This document shows, in pieces, positions 1 through 10,300 of a DNA stretch of 64,000 bases. The notes under the pieces were generated by a model. It saw only the letters and a list, made by a program, of their open reading frames with translations. It was not told the DNA's origin and searched no databases. This DNA is from Camelus dromedarius. Taxonomy: Eukaryota. The stretch lies in assembly GCF_036321535.1 (NCBI RefSeq), contig NC_087437.1, forward strand, positions 6,014,001-6,078,000, given 5' to 3'. Numbering within the stretch: the first letter of the stretch is position 1; each line of letters opens with the position of its first letter. Both the position numbers and the translations under genes were made by a program.

Positions 1-2505
1 ATATCTTAAAGTTTGTTAAGTTTGTGAGTAAATTTCTAGGTATCTCTCGACAAGAGTTTCTGGGGTAGATGTGCAATTTCCAAAAATAATCTTGAAGAAA
101 TTCTTTGAGTTAAGTTGTCAAAAAATGAACTCTCATGTGGTGCATTTTTTATGATTGCAACCTACACTGAGAAATAGAAAATGGAGCTTTCCAACGATTT
201 TCCAAAAATTATTTACGGACCTAAACTCTGAAATCTCACTTTAGATGCAGGATTTTCTTCAAAAAGTTAAGATCCATATAATTATTGTGTGATAAAAGGC
301 AAAGATACAGCTATGAAACCTCATGAGAAGAAAAGGCTACATATAATCAAAGGATCACTGAAAATATTGATACTTACTTCATTTCTTGAAGTGTGCCCCA
401 TGGCTTAAAAAAAAAGATACTTGGGAGTGTTGAAATGATAGTTTCAGTTCCCTGAAATGAAAAGTAAATCTACTCTCGATATATTACATGGGGGAAGAAG
501 CTAAGTGGGCCTGGCGTCTCTGATGAAGCTCTCCAGCTACTAATATTACTGGCCCTATGTGTGAAGCAGAGATTGTTCGAAAGTTCTCTGTTGCACCACT
601 GACTATTCTGGTTCACGCTACTTCCCCTTGCTTCCTGACACTCTGCAGGAAGTGTGCTGGGGAAAACACAATGTGACTTCTCTAGATCGGGGCGGCACCA
701 CCTCACTGTCTCATCACAGGTTGGCCGCTGTTATGTGGGCCTCGTGTCTCAGGAGGCAGCTGGAGTCACCCCATCAGATCAATACGGCCCTTGTCCAAGC
801 AGGGCAGGTAGTGAATCCAGAACAGGGTACCCGGAAAAAGAGCTGGTTCCCAACAGCGCCGGCCTGCTCGTCTAAGCACCAGCTGATGCCCAAGCAGCCT
901 GGTGAAGCTGGAGGGGGCCGAAGGCCTGACAATCCTGGCACTTAGCCTGGGCCCCCAAGAAATGCTTGTTGAATAAACAAAGGAGATGATTCTACTGGCA
1001 CAGCTCGAGTTATCTGAACAAAATAATACGACCTCCTTCTTCAAGACTCTGTTTAAAAAGTCACGTTGTTCACGTGGCCCTGATCCGCAGAAAGAGGTGG
1101 ACTGAGCAACAGCCCAGGAGCAGAAGTCAGAATAAGCAAGCCAGCCCTGAGCTTTCTCCTTCCCCACGTATAGACTGATGGGGCTTCCAGAGCCTAACAT
1201 GTACGAGCAGCACTCTGGCTCTGGGATAACAGAACTCTTACTAAAAAGTTGCCTGGGCTGGGGGTGGGGTCAGGTGGCGGGGGGTAGGGGCAGTGCTCAG
1301 ATTTTAATTTTAGGAAACAAGTTTAAGTCCCATGAATTCTCACTGTTATCAGTGGTCCCATCAGTACTCACTTAAGTGCAATCACTGACAAAGTGAAAGA
1401 GATGTCATTTGGAGATGATCTGCCTCTTCTCCTGGCCCCCCTCCTATATCCCTTATTACATAGATCACTTAACAGACAACAGGAAGAGTAAACAGCAGCT
1501 TTTCACCGAATCCCCGAGTTGGAAAAGCCCTAAAGGTCAGCAGGCTCAATTACCAGAACACAGCCAGGAACTGTACCTGTGAAACACAGGACTAAATATA
1601 GACATACGGACACACCCCTCTGTGGCCACAGGACGTTTTTTTTAGAGGTGAAGCCAACACACGCCTAATCTCCTAATCACAATATATCATTTTCTGTTAA
1701 TTTATTAAAAACCACAGATATTGTGGAGGTATATTATTATTAGAATATTTCAATTCTACTAGCATGACTATTCTGTGTGGATATTGTAAATTAAGGAAAA
1801 CAAAGTATGAATTTCAATTAATACTGCTATTTTTTTTTTAGTCTGAATTTCAGTGGAGGATTCTTAAAGTTAATCTAGGCTTCCATTTAATACAGAATTT
1901 CTCTGCATGGCTTGGTTTATCTTAAAGATTACATAATAAAAGATTTGTGCAGTGACAAAATATTTATGTGTCTAAATTTCACAAGAGATGCTGAATATGG
2001 ATTACTATTATTCTCTATTTCTTAAGGAAACTTTTTCTAGCTTTTGAACAAATGGTTATGATAGTAAAATATTATCTTCTTATTTTAAATCATTGCCAGT
2101 TACTCCACATAGAGATTTGTCAGACTGGACTTCAATTCTGTTAGTATGATTCATAATACAAAACCTGTACTTAAAAACATATTGCAAAATCATTGTAATT
2201 CTTTTAGGTAAAATAAAATAAGCACCTCTGGCTCACACATACAATAATATGCATACAAACGGTATATAAAACGTCTAATCTCAGAACTACTTTGTCAAAT
2301 ACTGTCACAAAGCACCTATGCAATGAAAAGAAGACCCCAACATGAGCTGCCAAATAAAGTGTGGTGTTAAAACGACCACAGAATATAGAGTGACCATATT
2401 TTGCAAGGAAAGAGGCTGGTGGAAACTTCATAAAAAAACCCCACATCTTAGCCGGACTTGGCATCACCGTGGTATGACATGAGAAGGGAATTTTGTTCTA
2501 AACAA

Positions 2506-2522
2506 CAGTGCCACCCAGTGGC
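2506..2522 (-). promoter_or_regulatory. Candidate CTCF site (CCACTGGGTGGCACTG)
   Basis: One mismatch to the CTCF core CCRSYAGRKGGCRS. Confidence 0.4.
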
Positions 2523-2630
2523 TAAACAATGGTAGTGATCTGATAAACAGCACGGATGGAGGGTGGGCAGAAAGGAAAATGGAGCTTTCGAGTCAGCAAT
2601 GACAATACTGCAGGCAGGGATGTACACTAC

Positions 2631-2644
2631 GTTGCCATGGTAAC
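2631..2644. promoter_or_regulatory. Candidate RFX X-box GTTGCCATGGTAAC
   Basis: 13/14 match to the palindromic X-box GTTGCCATGGCAAC. Confidence 0.6.
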
Positions 2645-2649
2645 TGTAC

Positions 2650-2715
2650 CTGGGAGGTCAGTTAGAGTCTGGACAGGAACAGAAACCTGAGCATCGCTTC
2701 CTGTAACTACATCGC
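2650..2715 (-). CDS. TBC1D5: TBC1D5 66-nt frame-preserving cassette-type exon, (G)DVVTGSDAQVSVPVQTLTDLP(G)
   Basis: Acceptor TTTTTCTTATGAAATCCAG|GC with an upstream CTAAT branch-point candidate; donor CAG|GTACAG. Phase 1-1 and open. Matches the 22-aa insert I recall in the longer human isoform. Confidence 0.85.
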
Positions 2716-5700
2716 CTGGATTTCATAAGAAAAAGTAATTAGATTTCACAAAAGGGGAAAAAAACAACTTTTCTTTCACACTTAATGTTGTAATACTTAT
2801 CAATCTAATGACTAAAAGTACAGTGACACAGAAAATGCAACACAATCTTAATAAAATTAACATAAAATATTTTAAAAAGAAAATAATTCTCAAAAAGTGT
2901 TTCCTAAAATGCTTTTCTGCATTTTTTAAAAAAGAAAAAAGCAAGTTTCTACTAGTCTAGAGTACGGGAGACTTTAGCAATCAAAAGACTTTGCTGTGCA
3001 GATTTCACTATGCATAATTGTGTGATTTTATATTTTCTTATTTTAAAAAAATTCTTTATCCAAAAGTAAGTTATATGCTTTTATTAAGAAGTAAGCTGTC
3101 TTTTGAAACTGATATCCTCCTACAACAGACAAAATTTATTTTTAACTAAGCTTGAAATCAATTTCTTCAGTGACAAAGACCTAAACAAGTTCTAATTTCA
3201 TATTAAGTATTGAAAAGATTTCTTAAGTTACCACATGTACTTATAAATGTCAACATGTAAAAATAAATCTGTGAACTGCATACCCTTTAAACTTGATATA
3301 CTTATTATAGGCGAGATTTCATTTACAAATTGGGCCTGTAGTAAATGCTTAAAATAAAGAAGTGTTCAAATTCAAAAATAGACAAAGGAAAAGGGAGGAA
3401 AAAGCAGTGTTTTAAGAATACAGGAGAGACAGGAAAAGGAAAAGGAAATTCTGCGCGGCACTTGAGGTACACGGCCGTTTAGAGGGAAGACTTTCTGGTG
3501 CTTTGATTTCCTTCCTGGATGACAAAGTTCAACATTAAGCACAGTCATTGCCAACAAAATCATTCTATGGCTATGTCAGCATCTGCAGTCCAATGCTATT
3601 TTGAGATTAACAAGCTTAAGAGACAAGCCTTCTTAAAAGGCACCATATTTTCTGTGTGTGATCATGTATGATTAACAGATTTGCTTTCCCTGTAGCTTTT
3701 ATACAATAGTACAAAATCAATTTCTGAGTTACATAACACACCCTCAGTGCCGTGACCACTTGCCACGATTATGATTTACAGCAAGGCCAACTCATCTGGA
3801 AATTATTGGCTTGTAATTAGACCATCCCTATCAATTAACAGTACACGCATTTATATTCTCTTATAACTGAAATAAAATCTATAAATAGGTACATACACCA
3901 AACAAGTGATAAATGACTTTCAATGAAACTTATCAGGTCCTGAATTTTCATAATATAGTAACTCTCCATGCACTGATAAGTGGTATGCCTAATTTTCTGT
4001 ACATTTGAACATTTTCAATTCTATGCTTGCTACCCATTTTGCGCTGCTGCTTCTGGATCCCTATTAATGTCTATTTAGAGACTGAAAGCTAATTTTAATA
4101 TTGGCTGTCACCAGGAAAATTACGGAAAATCTGCGCTCCCTTCTTCCTTCGTGACCCCGCCTTCAACACACACACCAACTACAGGGTGCATTTCAGGCAC
4201 CAGATATACGAATTCTGGGTTTTCCATAGAACTGTTTCCCTAGATAAGCACAAATAACTGAGAGTTAACTAACCAACGAAAGCCAGAAGCATTTTCATCT
4301 GCATAAACGACCATTTTCCCAACAACTTTCAAATTTTCCAGCGGAGTACACTAAGAGGGTGGTTACACATCTTCCCTCAAAGGCACTGAGCAGTTCTAAG
4401 AGAGAAGTCACATTTCGACCCCAGCCTCTTGACAGAGTAAAGACTGCTCACTTATCTCTGGGACCAGGTGACACGCTCACAGACTGGTCAGTGTCACCAC
4501 ACAGCAGGACATGTGTGCAAAACACCAGTATGACAACCAGGGTTGGAGCTGAGTTAATAAATGCATCTTTTACCCAAAGGAACCTTAGATTTTTGGAGCT
4601 GGGAGGCTGCGGGGGTCAGTCCAAGCCTCTTCTCTCAGAGTGAGGGAACAAAGGTCAGAGAGCTGCAGGACCGCCTGTGGTTCATCGGAGAATGAAGGAG
4701 GGAAGGGCGTCACCTACCCCACCTTTGCGATATCAACCATTCCCAGGGCCTTTTATCTCTGTATTCAAACCTTTATGCAGGGAGGGGCATGAGCAGCACT
4801 ACTGATCTTTAATGTGAAGGTGGGTTGACAGGAGAAGAACAAACCAGAAATAAAAAGAAAAGTTGCTGAACGAGGTAAGTTCCTTCCAGCCCGGGGATCA
4901 GTTACAAAACCGTGATGCTCCCATTCCAGACACTCTGCTTAAGTGCTCTGCTGCTTCCTTATAACTGCGGACTTGGTCTGCATCGGTTGTTCCATCCTCA
5001 CGCACTTCCCTCCTCACTTGCTGTGATATTAATACTTGACATTTCCTTAGAGACACAACTTTATATTTCTAGAGTCATTTGGCTTGGTTCCTCTGAAAAT
5101 TTAAGCTACAGCACTGAGATTCTCTGACGCATCTGCCTGCCATCAGTTAGAATTACTACTGACTACAACTTGTTATCAAAGTAGTACCGCAATCATATTT
5201 GTTTAGAACAATCAAACAGTACAATTAAGAAATATGTAAAATAACATTCATTTCCACTCTGGAAGTGGGCATGTCTCCTGGCATTAAAATACACTTACAA
5301 TATGTTAAAGATCTGAAGTCTCCTTTTCTTTAAATCATGTGTGATAGCTCGATATTAAAAAGAAAGAATGTTAATTTAAAAAAAAAGAGTCTTATGTAAG
5401 GCAAATTGAGTATTCTCATAGAAATTTAAATACTAATTATATGAGGTCAAATACCTCCTAGAGGGAACGGAGGATAAGACGATGTAAATAACAGAAGAAC
5501 ACACTCATCATTGCGTAACACTCATCATTTTCTATCACTGGGGAAGAGAGTCCATCTAACTTAAGTTTACCAGTTTAAATGTCAATAATTTAAAGTTTTT
5601 AATAATTTTGGATGCAACCTTCTTAAGCAGAGTACATGGAACATGGGTCAAGGTCTTCTTACTGACTCAGTTTTACTACTGTTATTGTCAACACCAGGAA

Positions 5701-6698
5701 CTGAACACGGCTGGGATGCAGGGACCCCTTTAAGACGCGCAGGACGCCTGGGTCAGGATATTTGCCCTGATACTTCATGGCCACAGACTCTATGCCTTGT
5801 AGGGTCTTAGGGTTGATTTTTGTAGATTTTCTGCCATTGTGTTACTGTTCTTGCTTCCACGGTATAGACAGAGTCCCACCACTAAGAACAAATGTAGTTG
5901 TTTCTAACTGGCTATGAATAGGGGCACTTAATACAGATGTCTTTAAAAGTAAGTGGAAAAGAAGAGAACAAGGTTCTGAGTATGAACCTCAAGGGCTGTC
6001 TTCTGAGTAAAATACACGGGGAGGTGAAGCCCTGGAAAGGCCCTGAGCTGGAAAGGTGCTTCCCCGAGTCCCAGCAGCAAGAGAGCTGCCAACAGCAATC
6101 CAGCAGCAGCAACTGAGAGACGGGGAGGGACCATCTCTGCTTCTTCCGCTCTGATGTCCTCAGCTTCCACCTCTTGGTGTAGGGACTCAGACACTTACTC
6201 GGGCTGCTTGAGATACTCTGTTTGGCTCCCCCACCCCCCGCCTTGTCTAGTTGTATGTCTCAGAGGTCCCTGAAGGGTGACTATAAGCCTGGTGACACAC
6301 TTCCTCCAAACCAAGTGCAGGGATTTATGGGGTGGCTGGCAGAGCCCACGGCACCAGAACTTTCCCCAGAGCAGCACGACCCAACGTCCGCAGGGATCAC
6401 AGTTGACTGATTTCAAGTTCTGTGCTGTGATGGTCCACGCTACACTCTGTGGGCACAGCCAGGACTTGGAGGCAAGTATCCTAAGGCCTGAATGTTAAAA
6501 AAGAACCTTAACCAATTACCTTAAGAACCATATAGTATCTGATATTCCAACTGTAAAAGGATCCAAGATAACAGATTTTTAAAAATTTAGTTGTGCATTA
6601 ACTTCTCTTCCTAGGGTGGTGACTCCTCAGAGGCAGGTGAGGAAACCCCAGGCTCACTGGGAGCGCTTCCTCTGAACTTGCTAGCGGTCTTCCCTTAC

Positions 6699-6740
6699 CT
6701 TTGTTCAGCTGCACTGGCATGCTTTCCGACTTCATCAGCC

Positions 6741-6793
<53 letters not shown>

Positions 6794-6985
6794 AAAGGGT
6801 GTCTGGGGGCCTCTGCCAAGGTCCTGGTGGGAACCACGGCAGGGGAAGGGCTGCTGCCAACGCCTCCTAGGACAGGGCCACCCACGCTGCCTGGGGCCAT
6901 TGCTGGAGAAATCAACTTTCTTCCAAAGTTAATCAGGCTATTAGAGACCTTGTTTATATTCAGGGGAGCGCCTTTGGCATTGGTT
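6699..6985 (-). CDS. TBC1D5: TBC1D5 internal coding exon (287 nt), TNAKGAPLNINKVSNSLINFGRKLISPAMAPG...Q17RLMKSESMPVQLNK(G)
   Basis: Acceptor T13-AACAG|A, donor AAAG|GTAAGG. Phase 2 in, phase 1 out. Peptide matches the recalled TBC1D5 C-terminal region and overlaps ORF 6598..6915. Confidence 0.96.
6742..6792 (-). repeat. TBC1D5: Uninterrupted coding (CAG)17 microsatellite encoding polyQ17
   Basis: 17 consecutive CTG on the + strand, counted directly, in the exon reading frame. Confidence 0.98.
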
Positions 6986-7180
6986 CTGTTAAAAAAAAAA
7001 AAAGGTCAAGAGACATTATTCAAATTGGAGGACAACTCTCACATACTCTGTTGGTATGAAAATCTACCTTACCTGCTTTGCCAAAGGTCATTTGCTAGAT
7101 CAGCTACACGAAGTGGGGTGTGAAAACTTGAGTGACCGCAGAATAGTAAAATAACAAGATTCTTAAAGATGTGGTTTATG

Positions 7181-7374
7181 TACTATATATAAAAGTAAAT
7201 TTAAAAAAGTTTCTTCTATATAACACAAGGAACTATATTCAATATCTTGCAATAAACTTTGGTGAAAAAGAATACGAAAATGAGTATATGTATGTATATA
7301 CATGCCCGGGATCTTGGGCTGTACATGAGAAACTGACACATTGTAACTGACTGTACATCAATTGAAAAAAAAAA
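7181..7374 (+). mobile_element. 5'-truncated L1 3' end (artiodactyl/camelid type) with polyA and 16-bp TSD
   Basis: L1 3'UTR motif GGAACTATATTCAATATCTTG...GACACATTGTAACTGAC..CAATT followed by an A-tail. TSD AAAGATGTGG(T/C)TTATG at 7165-7180 and 7375-7390. Confidence 0.85.
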
Positions 7375-10300
7375 AAAGATGTGGCTTATGGAAAATAGTC
7401 TTCCATTCATTCAGGGCTTATCAGTACCTGCACTGTGACTGTCCCAAAAAGACATAGTTCCCCTCCCGGAGATTCCAGTCCAGCAGGCAATAACCATATG
7501 AATCGGATAATCACAGAAATAAATGTATGACTAAAACCCGTGATGAGGGCTCTAAAGCAGAGGTACAGGGTTGGGCGCCTTGGGTACACACAGAGGGGCG
7601 CCTGGGAAACAAGGCTGAGTGGAATTCCCAGGGACTGTGGGAACAAGGCCACATTTCATCTCATTTTTAAAGTGTGTCTGAGAGCCACGGAGTAAATTCA
7701 CAGAAGTACATCAAGTGTCCAGTTCAAGAGAACTGCGTCTAGCCCCTCAGCCCCACTACCACCCGCATTCTGTACCCCCCTTCCCCACACCCCTGCTTGA
7801 CTTCTCTTGACAGCACTCTGCATCATCGGACATATTACATATTTCACTTCTTTGGCTATTATTTGTCCATCTCCTCTATCCCCCAGTCGAATAAAAGCTT
7901 CAGGGAGCCCAGGACTTAAGTCTCTCTGCTATACTGCCGCTCCCCAGAACACAGTAATTGTTCTATAAACACCTGTTAAATGGCAGCTGAGCCTACCTGT
8001 AGTCTGAGTCTTTCCATCTATTACCAGGGAGGAAGAGTCCTCGCTCCCAGCCATGGCCAATCCCCCGGGGTGCTCTGGATCCCACCTGCTCTGACCTCTG
8101 GAGACCGTTGCTTGTGTGTCCTGTCTCCCGCGTCCTCCTCTCCCGCACCCTCATCTCCTACATCACCTGGAGACTTCTGCTCCCGCACCCTCCTCTCCAC
8201 TTTCTCCTTCCTACTGGATCGCTCCCGCTAGCATACCACTGTGGTGCGTGAGCGCATGCGTAGGTGGGCATCAACTTCTCTGAACCCTCATTCTTTTCTA
8301 GTGACCGTCCTTCTTAACCTCTTTACAACGTGTTTTTTTTTCAGACAAGTGTCTTCCCCAGTCCCGCCCACCGAGGTCTGGCTGTGGCTGCCATTGCTCT
8401 GAAACCATCTCTCGAGGTCACCCATGGCCCGCACTGCAGAGCCCAAAGTCCACCCCTGTTTCACTCCACCTCCCAGCAGCAGTGACCCCCCTTCCCGCTC
8501 ACAAACCGCCTCTCTCAGCAACCATGTTCTGTTGGCACCCGATGATGTAACTGGCAAATAGAGGACACCAAGTAAACGTTTGTTAAAACGAATGATTACT
8601 TCCCCAGTGATTTGTAATCATCAAGTATCTCAGGGCTATTGTCTCAAAGACCGTTATGATTATAAATTATTTTAGTTGTAGAAGGTGGTCCAACTCCATG
8701 TCACTACCGAATTTGTATTTTTTTACTGCCTAAATCCTTCCTAGGAGCTCATTTTCTCACATTTAGCTTCTTTTTGATAAAAATAGGAAACTGAAAATCA
8801 AGTTGGAGGGATCCGCTTGTTAGGATTTTAGTTAACTTGGATTTTCCCGTCATGTCCTTCCCTCAGCTCTACCTGGCAGCCCTCACACAGCCATTCTCCT
8901 GCTTTTCTATGACAGCTGTACCCTTGGCATTACCAGATTCAGCACTAAAACAGAACCAATCCATCCTTCTGTAATAAAAAGCAAAGAACACTGCTTCTTC
9001 CTTCCGTAACATTTTCTCTAATGGTTCTAGCTACTATTACGGGTTGGGTGTTGGAGACTTACAGTGCTCAGGAGAGAGGACAAATCAAACTTAAAACCTG
9101 GAATTCAGCCTTATAGAAGGAAGAGCTCTTTACTTCTAATGCAATGAGATGTGAAAAAATCATTTTTCAAATGGTTCTTGTTGCATCGTTTCATCTTTAA
9201 AGAACTGAGCTATTTAATGTCCTTCCCCAAATTATGGAAAATAACATCTCCTAATGGACAGAAGGACATAGAGTGATCTGCACCACTCACTTCCCATTGT
9301 CAGCTGCTTCGTAATGAGGGAGAGCATTCTCAGTGTACAGACAGCACAGCTTGGCAACAGAGGAGGCCCTCAATATGCATGTATCGAGAACAGGCATGAA
9401 TGACGTGTATGGAACTCATACATTCTGGACCAAGAAGGCCTTCACCTCCCACACTGCACTTAGCAGCTTGTCTGCATGCCCATCTCCTGGGAGCGACGGC
9501 AGAAGGAAGTTCTGTTTTGCTTATTTGCAAGTCAAGATTCATAATTCACAGATATGAAGAAGTTATAATGTTGTTACCCCCTTTTTTATAAACAAAAATG
9601 TACTAGTCAAATTCCCATATTGCCAGTTCTACAATTTATATGTTGATAAAAGTACTAAGAAACTGCCAGAGCATCATCAAGAGACGATGGTGAATGCATC
9701 TTCATTACCGCTAGTAACCACAAAAAACAGAGAGCAAGCTCGCGCCAAGCAATTTTTCATCTGAATCGCTCTTCAAAAGGGGCTGAGCACTGTTTTCCTT
9801 TTTGGAACATTTTTTGTTTTTAACCAATTTCCCCCTCACCCCACTACTCATAGCTTCCAGAAGAATATTTTATTATCAAAACAAATGTTGAAGGTGACTC
9901 CTTGTATTTTCAGACAGTAACACTTGTGAACCATGAACTTCTAAAGAAAGCACGCAGTCCATCGTTTGTTTCATGACTTTTATGGCAGATAGGCTGATAC
10001 AGATCTTAAACAGTAGCAGCAACACTCTTCACAAGACATCCCGAACAATTTGCAACAGTTATTGGCTGTGATGTACACTATTAAGTCACGTGTGCTAAAT
10101 TAATGAAACGTAATGCAGTTGTCAAGAGATCTGATGGACAGTGAGGGCTGTACTGGATTAAAGATGGGGTGCAAAGTGTAAACAGTGTTAAAATGAATAT
10201 TAGGAGGGTTTGGTAGTTAACAAGACATGAAATATTATCAAATCTAATGAGTAACTAATTCTGTGTAATCAGTCTTTCACTACTGTAGTCTACCACATTC

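Noticed and set aside
1..430. Possible decayed hAT/Charlie transposon 3' end
   Set aside because: Resemblance is too weak to call without a Dfam search.
470..706. ORF containing ASSETPG, resembling a peptide I recall from the TBC1D5 C-terminus
   Set aside because: Flanking residues do not match and it is out of exon order, so it is treated as coincidence.
5960..6410. Possible ancient LTR or CAG-rich coding-like segment
   Set aside because: No clear termini, splice context or recognisable peptide.
6678..7123. Plus-strand ORFs with polyAla and polyCys
   Set aside because: They are antisense readings of the CAG tract. The minus-strand frame has proper splice sites and matches TBC1D5.
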